DNA of 64,000 nucleotides from Bacteroidia bacterium (GTDB lineage: Bacteria > Bacteroidota > Bacteroidia > NS11-12g > UBA9320). The stretch spans positions 800,001 to 864,000 of the forward strand of contig CBDCFW010000006.1 of the NCBI GenBank assembly GCA_965216465.1, read 5' to 3'. Of the stretch, positions 40,121-48,817 are shown piece by piece. Below the pieces are notes generated by a model. That model was not told where the DNA came from. It saw only the letters and a program-made list of their open reading frames with translations, and made no database searches. The translations under genes were made by a program, and so were the position numbers. How positions within the stretch are numbered: the stretch's first letter is position 1; each line of letters starts with the position of its first letter.

Positions 40121-42536
40121 ACTTGTGTACAAAGATGCCATTGGCATAGATGAAGTAAACTCCAGCTTCAAACTCTTCAACGTTAAATCGAGTTTCAGAA
40201 TTTGAATTGATGGTGAAGTTAGATATTTCTTGTCCGATTGCATTGTGAAGCACAACATCAAAATCATTGAATGTTGTATTGTTGAATAACAACACGTCCT
40301 GAACAGGGTTAGGTCCGATGTTAAGCCCTTCAACATAGCTTGGAATACGGTTATCTCCAGAACTAGCTCCTGTTTCATTTACTTCACTGCATACCGTTTG
40401 CGTAAAGATTGGCTCATCAAATGTTCCTTTTTTATAGCTGAAGTAAATCTTCGCCATATTGCAAACGGTCTCACCTTTTTCAATCATATTAGGTAAGATG
40501 TTTACATTTACATCTATAAAACCAGAAGACAAGTCAGGGTCAATTTCGTGTGAAGCAAGATTGATATCGGTGAAGCTCCAAATTAACTTGGTTTTGTAAT
40601 TACCATTGTCCATTAACTCGTATTGAGACAATACCTCACAGTCGTGGCTTGTGTATGAGTGAATACCTCTATGGCTAATATAGATATCCGTATCTAACTC
40701 ATCTGTTATTTTTAGGTCAAGTGCAGGCATCGATCCTTGATTTGAATAACCGATTTTGTACTGCAATAAATCTTCATTTTTAGCAATATACTTGCCATTT
40801 CCACAATGCTTATCATTAACCAATACTTCTCCTTCTTCGTAAGAAGTAGCATCTGAATTGTTATTGGCATCGGCATCAGTTTCACCCGATCTCAGATTGA
40901 TTACTACATCTAACGTAGAATTTTCAACATTGTTAACGTTATACGTAATATAGAAGCATTGCTGGTCATTAGCATTTAAGTTAACCTTCCAAGTTGCCTT
41001 ATTATTACTGTAGTTTTCGTAAGCAAATTGCGTTGTTAAATCAGAAATGCTTGTACCGTGCTTAAGAATGAGCTCTGCGTCATTAATAGGCTCACTTCCA
41101 CTGTTCTCATAACAAATCATTGCTGTTTTACGATTTTCGTTTCCTATGTTGTAGCTTTTATTGTCTCCAATATGAACTGCAGCATCACGTACTCCAACTT
41201 TTTGATTTACTCCTAGGATAGAGCCATAGTAAGTTTTGTATTCGTCTACGTCTATTTCAACATCTGGGCAAGTAGGTTGCCAATAATCAACGGCAGCAGC
41301 ATTTAAGCTGTGAGCTTCTTTAGATACCGGGAGGTACAGTTGACCAAATTGATCTGTATTCAGAAAATCGATAGATTGGTCAAGAGAAACTGGGAAATTA
41401 GGGAACCATTCTTCATCTTGATCTTTATAACAGTTGCCATTCTTGTCGTGATACACTCGAGTAGCAACTTGAGCTCTGTTCTTGAAAATTTCTCCAATAA
41501 ATTTAATTCTTGCATTGTCTGAAAAATCACCAGAAACTACTACACTTTCTTCTGTGGAATAGAGTTGTTGAATGTCGCTTAAGAACAGGTTTGTTTTGGT
41601 CCATTTGTGACCGTTGTATTCCAAGATGTTAAATTGAGCTTGGCTGATGTGTTCTTCAAATTGACCAACTGCAAATAAGCTTCCATTTACTTCGGCAAAA
41701 TGCGTTATATCTGTAACAGTGAATTCGTCCATGCCTTGCGACATGTCTTGCCACAATGCACCAGCACTTATTTTAACTGTTTCGTTTGAGAAATTAGACT
41801 TACCATAAACTACAATTTCTCCATTGTATTGTCCGGCGGTAATGTTTTCTCCTAAGAAAGGCGGAAATTCCGCAAGTGACCATTCTTTTCCATCCCAAAC
41901 AGCAAGCGAGTTAAGACCTGAAGCGGGATCGGTAAATGCACCTGTTGCATATACTTTATCCTTTGCCACAGCCACGCTACTAAAGTCATCACTGCTTAAG
42001 TTTTTTGTTATCAGGTTACCAGCAAGTTCAAACTGGCCATTATCCAATGTTGCAATGTTGTAATTGCCATTTGCATTGACATATTTACCCACGCACTGCA
42101 CAGTACCGTCTTGAATAACCAATTTATCCAAAGAAGTACTTGTAGCAATGTCAGTGGTAGTTAAATCTTCCCAATTGCCTCCGTTCCACTTTAATATAGA
42201 ATTGGTAGCTGAAGGATTATTCTTGGTTGAATAGGCTGCACATAAATAGATTTCGTTGTTGTGTTCAACGATGTCAACAATTTCGTAGTCACCATTGCCA
42301 TTACTTCCTAGTTTTGGAAGAGAAGGATTTTGAATCTTATACCAAAAGTCGCCGTTCCATACTTGAAGTTCTATGGCTTGGTTTTGGTTTTCATAGGCCA
42401 CGATGATTCCACCATTGAAAGAAGTGATTTTTTGAGGTGCAGCAGGAAGACCGTGCCCCATAGGAGCAAGGATCTGTGCATTAACGCTCAAACCGAAGAA
42501 CAAAGCCAATACGATATGTACGATTCTCTTTTTCAC
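40107..42536 (-). CDS. T9SS type A cargo: beta-propeller-like N-terminus, SdrD-B-like, DUF11/DUF7619-like domains, CTD
   Basis: Signal peptide; repeated WNG..W/WDG..W blades; VYHDKNGNC..D..E; Y.I...N.G...A....ITD.LD; C-terminal PNPV....N.IGQ....G.Y......KF. GTG start abuts the upstream stop. Confidence 0.8.
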   Translation of the reverse strand: MKKRIVHIVLALFFGLSVNAQILAPMGHGLPAAPQKITSFNGGIIVAYENQNQAIELQVWNGDFWYKIQNPSLPKLGSNGNGDYEIVDIVEHNNEIYLCAAYSTKNNPSATNSILKWNGGNWEDLTTTDIATSTSLDKLVIQDGTVQCVGKYVNANGNYNIATLDNGQFELAGNLITKNLSSDDFSSVAVAKDKVYATGAFTDPASGLNSLAVWDGKEWSLAEFPPFLGENITAGQYNGEIVVYGKSNFSNETVKISAGALWQDMSQGMDEFTVTDITHFAEVNGSLFAVGQFEEHISQAQFNILEYNGHKWTKTNLFLSDIQQLYSTEESVVVSGDFSDNARIKFIGEIFKNRAQVATRVYHDKNGNCYKDQDEEWFPNFPVSLDQSIDFLNTDQFGQLYLPVSKEAHSLNAAAVDYWQPTCPDVEIDVDEYKTYYGSILGVNQKVGVRDAAVHIGDNKSYNIGNENRKTAMICYENSGSEPINDAELILKHGTSISDLTTQFAYENYSNNKATWKVNLNANDQQCFYITYNVNNVENSTLDVVINLRSGETDADANNNSDATSYEEGEVLVNDKHCGNGKYIAKNEDLLQYKIGYSNQGSMPALDLKITDELDTDIYISHRGIHSYTSHDCEVLSQYELMDNGNYKTKLIWSFTDINLASHEIDPDLSSGFIDVNVNILPNMIEKGETVCNMAKIYFSYKKGTFDEPIFTQTVCSEVNETGASSGDNRIPSYVEGLNIGPNPVQDVLLFNNTTFNDFDVVLHNAIGQEISNFTINSNSETRFNVEEFEAGVYFIYANGIFVHKFIVH

Positions 42537-43871
42537 TTATTTCTTAATTAGCTTATAATTGGTTGTTATGTTAAAACCGTAATTATAAGGCTTCACTTGT
42601 ATTGCTGCGTTGGTTTCAGAAAGTGAGTTTAGGTTGAGGCTAAACGTCGGTTCTGCTCCAATCACAAAGCGGTTTTTATTGAGGTATACACCCAGCTTAA
42701 CATTTGAAGCAAGGTTGTGGTTATCCAAGTTTAAATCGTTAACATCATTAAGTTCTAGGTAGGTATAATCTGCCTTTTGACCAGATGCTTTAAACAGATT
42801 TAAATAGGATAGACCAAGTTGACCTCTAAGTTCAAAGTTAGGACTTATCGCTCGCTTATACCCAATGTTTACTGGAATTTCAATAAAATGATATGAATTT
42901 GACCCTGTAAGCTTAACTTCTTCTTGTAGATGAAAGGGAACAGGTATGTAATCCCCAATAACATTATTATTTAACCAAGGAGTTGAATCAATCCTATAGT
43001 TGTAATTAATCTGCTCTGATCTCTGAGTTATAAAGAAACCTGTAGCTATATAGAATCCAGAAGAAGTGTGATATTGTGCATTTAGCCCTGCGCTATTAGC
43101 AAAAGTTGCATTTTCGCTCGAGTTTACTTTATCATAATATTGCTTATGAATTAAGCCAGCAAATGCACTGTTTTCAGAAACCAGTTTGCTAGAAATACTC
43201 GGAGTAAACGAGAATCCAGTTTCCCAATAACCAGTGGTGTTATTTGAATTCTGATTTCCTGTTCCAGTCTGAGGCTTAATTGCTGGTTCTTGTGGTTTCT
43301 CAGGTTTGGTGTTGGCTATAATTGGTTCTTCAGTGGTAACCTCTTCTACGACAACTTCTTCCTCTTCTATAACTTCTTTAACAACAGGAATGTCAGCAAT
43401 TACTTCTTCAACAGGTTCTTCAATTGCATAAGATGGTGCATCAACTACATCGCCTGAAGGGATTGGAGGTTCTTGTGTTGGTTGAGCCTCAACAAATGGT
43501 GTTGAGCTAGTTATAGGTGTCGAAGAGCTTATATCTCCATTTTGGAGTTCTTCAGACACGGAGTTATCATTTATTTCAGTATCAGCAGTGAAATCGTGTG
43601 TTTCTTCTGCCGATTTATTTTCAGTAATATCTTGAGTTGTATCTGTAGTCTCGGCAGCTTGTAGAGGGTCTTGAGAGCTGTTTTGGGCAACAAATATTGC
43701 GATTGAAGAACTTACAATTAAAGCTAGGAAGAACCACAAAGCGTAAATGCGATTCTTCCGACGCCCTAATTTTCTTTCGACGTAAAGCCAATCCTGGTCG
43801 CCTACGTCAGGAGTACTAACGCTAGCGGCTGATTTCTTTAGCAAATCATCGATATGTTGTAATTTATTCAA
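42537..43871 (-). CDS. Putative anti-sigma factor with inner-membrane helix, disordered linker and C-terminal outer-membrane beta-barrel (Dma/Reo-like)
   Basis: N-terminal IDDLLKK...P....W..VE.KL; basic RRKNR then one TM helix; ~150-aa Glu/Thr/Pro-rich linker; C-terminal amphipathic strands (HFIEIPVNIGY, YNYGFNITTNYKL). Directly downstream of the ECF sigma. Confidence 0.72.
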   Translation of the reverse strand: MNKLQHIDDLLKKSAASVSTPDVGDQDWLYVERKLGRRKNRIYALWFFLALIVSSSIAIFVAQNSSQDPLQAAETTDTTQDITENKSAEETHDFTADTEINDNSVSEELQNGDISSSTPITSSTPFVEAQPTQEPPIPSGDVVDAPSYAIEEPVEEVIADIPVVKEVIEEEEVVVEEVTTEEPIIANTKPEKPQEPAIKPQTGTGNQNSNNTTGYWETGFSFTPSISSKLVSENSAFAGLIHKQYYDKVNSSENATFANSAGLNAQYHTSSGFYIATGFFITQRSEQINYNYRIDSTPWLNNNVIGDYIPVPFHLQEEVKLTGSNSYHFIEIPVNIGYKRAISPNFELRGQLGLSYLNLFKASGQKADYTYLELNDVNDLNLDNHNLASNVKLGVYLNKNRFVIGAEPTFSLNLNSLSETNAAIQVKPYNYGFNITTNYKLIKK

Positions 43872-43881
43872 TCTAAAATTC

Positions 43882-44412
43882 TTATTTCCTTTTCAGTTTG
43901 GCGTTAAGTAACACCCTAGCTCTTGAAAGTCGGCTTTTAGATGACCCAACCGAGATATTGAGTTGTTCTGCAATTTCTTTGTGAGAAAGCTCATCTATTG
44001 CGTACATATTCAGAACAATCCGGTATATCTCGGGGAGTTGGTTTAAGGCTTCTAGAACAACATCAGGTTTTACGTCGTAACGTTCTTGTCTTTCTGGTTC
44101 AAATACTTGTTCATGCTTGGCTTCAAATTCGTCATGATAGTATTTATTTCTTCCGTGTCTAAGTTTGTTGAGAGCGAGGTTAATGAAAACCCTGGTCATC
44201 CAAGTATCAATCCGGCTTCCGCCCTTGAATGAACCTATTTTAATAAACACCTTGTAGAATCCGTCGTGAAGTAAGTCACGGGCGTCTTCTTGGTTTTTGG
44301 TGTACCTCATACAAACTGCCATCATCTTGTCAGCGTATTTTTCAAAGAGCATTTTCTGAGCAGATCGATCTTTGTCCTTACAACCTTGTATTAGTTCTTC
44401 GTCACTGATCAA
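43882..44412 (-). CDS. ECF-type RNA polymerase sigma-70 factor
   Basis: Region 2 (AQK.LF..Y...M..VC.RY...DA.D..HDGF.KVF, W..R...N) and region 4 (LP..YR.V..MY.ID..SH.EIA..L.IS.G.SKS.L.RAR). TTG start. Confidence 0.95.
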   Translation of the reverse strand: MISDEELIQGCKDKDRSAQKMLFEKYADKMMAVCMRYTKNQEDARDLLHDGFYKVFIKIGSFKGGSRIDTWMTRVFINLALNKLRHGRNKYYHDEFEAKHEQVFEPERQERYDVKPDVVLEALNQLPEIYRIVLNMYAIDELSHKEIAEQLNISVGSSKSRLSRARVLLNAKLKRK

Positions 44413-44430
44413 TTTGCTCTTATATTACTA

Positions 44431-44457
44431 TTAGACACCAAAAGTTTCAAAGGTTGC
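44431..44457 (-). promoter_or_regulatory. ECF-type promoter GCAACC-N15-GTCTAA upstream of the ECF sigma gene
   Basis: Minus strand reads TTTGCAACCTTTGAAACTTTTGGTGTCTAATA; repeated at 48733 and 52973. Confidence 0.7.
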
Positions 44458-44468
44458 AAAAAAAATAT

Positions 44469-44503
44469 AAAAAAAAGAGAGGCCTCGCTCAGCGAGGCCC
44501 CTC
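44469..44503 (-). terminator. Intrinsic terminator of the 44527..48678 gene
   Basis: Hairpin gag-a-ggcctcgc/tca/gcgaggcc-c-ctc plus a T-run on the minus strand. Confidence 0.85.
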
Positions 44504-44514
44504 CGTAATATTAA

Positions 44515-47500
44515 TATGAATGAATATTATCTATTCAAAACAACTTTCTTAGTGATAATAGAACCTTGAACATTCATTTGAACGTAGTAGATTCCATTCG
44601 CTTGGTTAGTGATATCAACAGCGTAAGTTCCTTTGTTGATTTCACCGTTTTCAACGTTAAGTATTTGCTGACCTACAGCGTTGAACACATTGATAGTGAT
44701 TTCTTCATTTTCAGGAAGATTCACATTGATGTTGAACAATCCGCTAGTTGGGTTAGGGCTAACACTTAAGATGTTTTCTAATGAAAGATCAGTTACACTT
44801 CCAGTTAATGGGAAGTAATCGTGATCTACTTCAACATAAAGGATGAAGTCATTAGATACGTTTCCAGAGTTATCTTCAGTTCTGAAAGTAGCTGCGTACA
44901 GTCCTTCTTCCCAAACGTTGATGTCGTTGTGTACTAAAGTATGGTTATTAAATAGTACGTCTGGACCATCGTAGTTGTCAGAGAATAAGATGTAGTCAAT
45001 TGCGTCAAACTGAGAACCAACTCCTACTCTTAATACACCACCAATTTTGCTGGTTACAACTGGAGCTTCATCATCTATAACATGAACAGTTCTAACTTTC
45101 ACAGAAACGTTACCTGCAGCATCAGTTGCAGTGTAAGTATCTTGGTAAGTTCCCAAAACGAATGGATTAACATTCGAAGTTTGAGTTAAACTGATTTGAG
45201 TTGTGTTATACAAGTTATCGCTTGCAGAAGCAGCAACTGGAGTATAGATTGAGTTCACTGGGTGATAAACAACGTCAAGAGTATGTAGGTTAATTACAGG
45301 TGGGATAAAGTCTCTCACGATGTAGTTAATTTCTTGAACAGTTTGGTTACCACTTTCGTCAGTAGCTGTGTAAGTTACTGTAGTTGTACCTTGGTAACGA
45401 GTATCTACCGCAGCACCACCTTGAGGAGAAGCAGGGTTAGCAGTGAAGCTAAGATTGTCTCCTAGGCTGTTGTAGTTATCCGTTGCAGTGGTAATATCAA
45501 CAAAGATACTTTGTAACTGAACTTGAACTTCCCAAGGATCACTATCGGTATCAGCAACAGCATTAGCAATAACAGGTAATTCAGTATCTACAACATGAAT
45601 AGTTCTAGTAGCTGTAGTGCTGTTGTTTTGGTTATCCTGAACGAAGTAAGTAATGGTGTAAGAACCTAAAGTATTTACATCAACATTACCCGAAGTAACG
45701 ATAGCATTGTCAAGGTTACCCTCTTTAGCATCGTTAGCCGTAGCCCCAAGGTCAACCCAAGGAGTACCTACTTCGATCGTAGTATCTGTAGAACCGTTAA
45801 CAGTAAGAACAGGAGGAGTCTGGTCAACTACAACGTAAACTACACGAGTTACAGGAGCAGCAGTATTACCAGAAGCATCTGCTACATTATAAACTTCGTA
45901 GTAAACCCCAGTTAAAGTTTGGTCTACATCTGTAGTCATTTGGATGTTAGCAGAGATATCACCTTGAGAAGGATCTGTTGCAGTAGCTCCAGGAGTTACG
46001 TAAGTAGCAGGAGAAACTTGCTCAATAAAGATGGTATCGTTATCGTTCAGCGTGATTACAGGATCGTCGCCATCGTTGATTACACGGATAGCATAATCTT
46101 CGAATTCACCAATTCTGTTTGCCATTGGGTGGCTATTAGCACCACAAGGCATGTTAAGGTCAGTACCGTAACTAACACCAACTCTCATGATTGTATTAGC
46201 TTCGAAAGCTTGCGTGTAGTCAGGAACAGTAAAGCTACCCATCCAGCTAGTAGAAGTACCAGCAGCTTGGCTTGCAACTTCCTCACCAGCATCATCAAAA
46301 TCACCATCAACGTTCCAGTCGATCCAGATTTTTCTGTTCATTGGGTTAACATTACTTGCACGATCAACTTGGAAGTTGTAAACACCACCAAAGTTTAATT
46401 CTAAAGTACCTAACTCAGTGAAGTCTTCGTATCCAACACCAGTCATACTTTGATTTTCAAAAGTTTCACCAGTTACGCCGTCTTCAAGACTTACATAGTT
46501 GATACCAATATCAGTACTTGTAGTAACACTCACAACAGGGTTACAGTGTTCAACCACAATTACATAGTTTGTTTTAACAAGAGTAGCTTCAGACACAGAA
46601 GAATCAGGTAGAGCGTTAAAGTTGTAAGCTTTAAGCTGTACAGCATAAACACCTGGTTGATCAAATCTGAAAGTTCTTTCGCTTAGTTGATCACTAGTAG
46701 GACCGGTAGCAGTAACACCTTGAGGAGGGAAGAATGACCACTCCCAACGGTTAGCTTTATCAGTCATAGCAGTAAACAATACCTCATCACCAACAGCAGG
46801 TCTTCTATTGTCAGCATAGAAATCAATTTCAGTAGGTGTATTCGGATTAGCAACCACGAAAGTTTGTGTAGAAGTACTTACTCTACCATCGCAAGAAGTT
46901 ACCTTAAGTGTAAGTACATAAGTACCGTTAGTTAAGAATAACTGATCTAACCAGTGTCTGGTAGTAGCAACCGGAGTACCGTTCAAGCTCCACTCAAACT
47001 CAGTACTACCTTCAGCATTTTGTGAAGTATTCATGAAGCTTTCAGTAACGGCGTTATAAATAGTATCGCCAGGAAGGTCGAAGCTTGCAATCGGAGCAGC
47101 ACCTGTACCAGCAACGCTAGTCCAAGTAGCTTTAAATCCAGAATCTACAGCACCAGGAGTAGAGTTAAATAATAAGTACATTGCACCAGAGCTAGCAGTG
47201 ATAGGACCAGAAGGAGCATTACCTCCAGTAAATCCATTACCAGGGTGAAGCGGAGTACCTAGAGCGTTAACTCCGTCGTATATTTTAAGATTAGCATTCG
47301 CTAATAATTTGAACATTTCAAAGTTCAAGGTAACACTTTGAGCACCGCAAGGAGCGATAAGAGCTTCAAGGTTAGCCTCAGGAGCAGTATAGTCGTTAAA
47401 CTCACCGCCTTTATCATAAATTGTACCTGCACCAGCAGTAATTACGTTCGATGGAAGAGAAGTCTCAGGTCCAATGCTAAAGCTTGTACGAGTTACTTCT

Positions 47501-48056
47501 ATGTAGTCAACTTTACACGTAGTTGCTGAAGGCCCAACAACATTTGAAGACTTCAAGCAAACAGTCCATTTACCTTCACTCGGGAAGAAGTTTGAATTAG
47601 GACCTGTATACACTAAAGGTGAACTATGGATGTATGGGTTGTTACCTTGTAAATCAGGTTGAGCATTGTAGTCAATTGTATCAATACCATTGGTTAAGTA
47701 CCAATCCCAGTTGGTAGGACCATTAGTAGATAAATCGATTAATTCAAATGCGTCATAAATCTCAACAACATTTTTGTTTGACACAAAGTCAGCAACAGGA
47801 GCAGAAGTAGGAGCAATTGCTACAACAGTTTTAGTTGTAGAATCTTTTCCTAAGCAGTTTTCACTTACAAGCTTAACGGTGTAAGTACCTGCAGTACTGA
47901 AAATATGATCGGCATTTGTTGTAGAATAAGTAGTACCATCACTGATTGTCCAATCGTGAGAAATATAACCTGATTGGTTAGAATTCACTAAAGAAGCGAT
48001 AGTTCCGATAAATACCGTGTCAGGAACAAAGAAGTCACTGCTTAAACCTGCAGGAA
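44515..48056. repeat. Copy 1 of a ~3.5-kb direct repeat (conserved stalk of the large T9SS gene)
   Basis: Near-identical to 48818..52359 at constant offset 4303 (44527/48830, 47338/51641, 48041/52344). Confidence 0.95.
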
Positions 48057-48678
48057 TTGAATAACTACAAGTGTAGTCTTCAGTTTCACCGTAAGCAAAT
48101 GTACCGCCGTTTGTTGAATGGTTTCCAGCTGTGATGTTGTTTGAACCATAACGGGCTCTAACTCTCATTCGGATAGTACCAGTAGTACCTCCACATGGCA
48201 CATTGATAACATAAGCAGAACTTAAGCTACCGGTACTAATATTTTTGGCACCGATAAATTCTCCTGGATCACCGAAATCTTCGTCTCCGTTGAAGTCGAA
48301 CCATACACCAATAGCGTTAGTGCTATTAAAACCAGTTGGGTTTGAGTTACTAATTCTTAGGTAGTAAGTTGCTCCAGCAGATAAATTAAATGAAGGTGTA
48401 GAGGTAATTAAATTGTAGTGACAGTTGTCACAAGATTGGTTACAACCATCTCCAAGCTTAGAAAATAGTACATTTCCTGAAGCATCTTCTAATACGATTT
48501 GCTCAATGGCAGCGTAACGTAGACCCCCACCATTTCGGGTACATCCGAAAGTGTGAGTAGGCTGCGTGTACTGTGCAAAGGAGTCTGCTGCGAAAGCAAA
48601 AACCCCTAACATTACAAATAGCAAACCTTTCGATAATAGTTGAAAGCGTTTTGTTAAATAGGTAATTGTTTTTTCCAT
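44527..48678 (-). CDS. Large T9SS type A surface protein A: GEVED-PKD-PKD-CUB-PKD-PKD-GEVED-5x DUF5011-like Ig-CTD
   Basis: Signal peptide; W.DFN.D.DF.D.GE...MRVR...YGETEDY (GEVED); CUB-like IYD.GG...Y...LKIYDG...SGF.ATW; repeats D..PV.T..G; CTD SPNPT.G.F.....N.VGQ....GIY.V......KKV. Confidence 0.88.
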   Translation of the reverse strand: MEKTITYLTKRFQLLSKGLLFVMLGVFAFAADSFAQYTQPTHTFGCTRNGGGLRYAAIEQIVLEDASGNVLFSKLGDGCNQSCDNCHYNLITSTPSFNLSAGATYYLRISNSNPTGFNSTNAIGVWFDFNGDEDFGDPGEFIGAKNISTGSLSSAYVINVPCGGTTGTIRMRVRARYGSNNITAGNHSTNGGTFAYGETEDYTCSYSIPAGLSSDFFVPDTVFIGTIASLVNSNQSGYISHDWTISDGTTYSTTNADHIFSTAGTYTVKLVSENCLGKDSTTKTVVAIAPTSAPVADFVSNKNVVEIYDAFELIDLSTNGPTNWDWYLTNGIDTIDYNAQPDLQGNNPYIHSSPLVYTGPNSNFFPSEGKWTVCLKSSNVVGPSATTCKVDYIEVTRTSFSIGPETSLPSNVITAGAGTIYDKGGEFNDYTAPEANLEALIAPCGAQSVTLNFEMFKLLANANLKIYDGVNALGTPLHPGNGFTGGNAPSGPITASSGAMYLLFNSTPGAVDSGFKATWTSVAGTGAAPIASFDLPGDTIYNAVTESFMNTSQNAEGSTEFEWSLNGTPVATTRHWLDQLFLTNGTYVLTLKVTSCDGRVSTSTQTFVVANPNTPTEIDFYADNRRPAVGDEVLFTAMTDKANRWEWSFFPPQGVTATGPTSDQLSERTFRFDQPGVYAVQLKAYNFNALPDSSVSEATLVKTNYVIVVEHCNPVVSVTTSTDIGINYVSLEDGVTGETFENQSMTGVGYEDFTELGTLELNFGGVYNFQVDRASNVNPMNRKIWIDWNVDGDFDDAGEEVASQAAGTSTSWMGSFTVPDYTQAFEANTIMRVGVSYGTDLNMPCGANSHPMANRIGEFEDYAIRVINDGDDPVITLNDNDTIFIEQVSPATYVTPGATATDPSQGDISANIQMTTDVDQTLTGVYYEVYNVADASGNTAAPVTRVVYVVVDQTPPVLTVNGSTDTTIEVGTPWVDLGATANDAKEGNLDNAIVTSGNVDVNTLGSYTITYFVQDNQNNSTTATRTIHVVDTELPVIANAVADTDSDPWEVQVQLQSIFVDITTATDNYNSLGDNLSFTANPASPQGGAAVDTRYQGTTTVTYTATDESGNQTVQEINYIVRDFIPPVINLHTLDVVYHPVNSIYTPVAASASDNLYNTTQISLTQTSNVNPFVLGTYQDTYTATDAAGNVSVKVRTVHVIDDEAPVVTSKIGGVLRVGVGSQFDAIDYILFSDNYDGPDVLFNNHTLVHNDINVWEEGLYAATFRTEDNSGNVSNDFILYVEVDHDYFPLTGSVTDLSLENILSVSPNPTSGLFNINVNLPENEEITINVFNAVGQQILNVENGEINKGTYAVDITNQANGIYYVQMNVQGSIITKKVVLNR

Positions 48679-48719
48679 ATATAATTAATTATTACGTTCT
48701 AAAAAATTTAGACAGATGC

Positions 48720-48760
48720 CAAATTTATGTTATTAGACACGTCCAGCCAAAAAAGGTTGC
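48720..48760 (-). promoter_or_regulatory. Nested promoters for gene A: ECF-type GCAACC-N16-GTCTAA plus housekeeping TTTG-N20-TAAATTTG
   Basis: Minus strand reads TTGCAACCTTTTTTGGCTGGACGTGTCTAATAACATAAATTTGG. Confidence 0.68.
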
Positions 48761-48769
48761 AAAAAAAGT

Positions 48770-48804
48770 AAAAAAAAGAGGGAGCCCGCTATGTGGGCCC
48801 CCTC
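48770..48804 (-). terminator. Intrinsic terminator of the 48830..52915 gene
   Basis: Hairpin gaggg-a-gcccgc/tat/gtgggc-c-ccctc plus a T-run on the minus strand. Confidence 0.75.
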
Positions 48805-48817
48805 CGAGTATTTTAGA

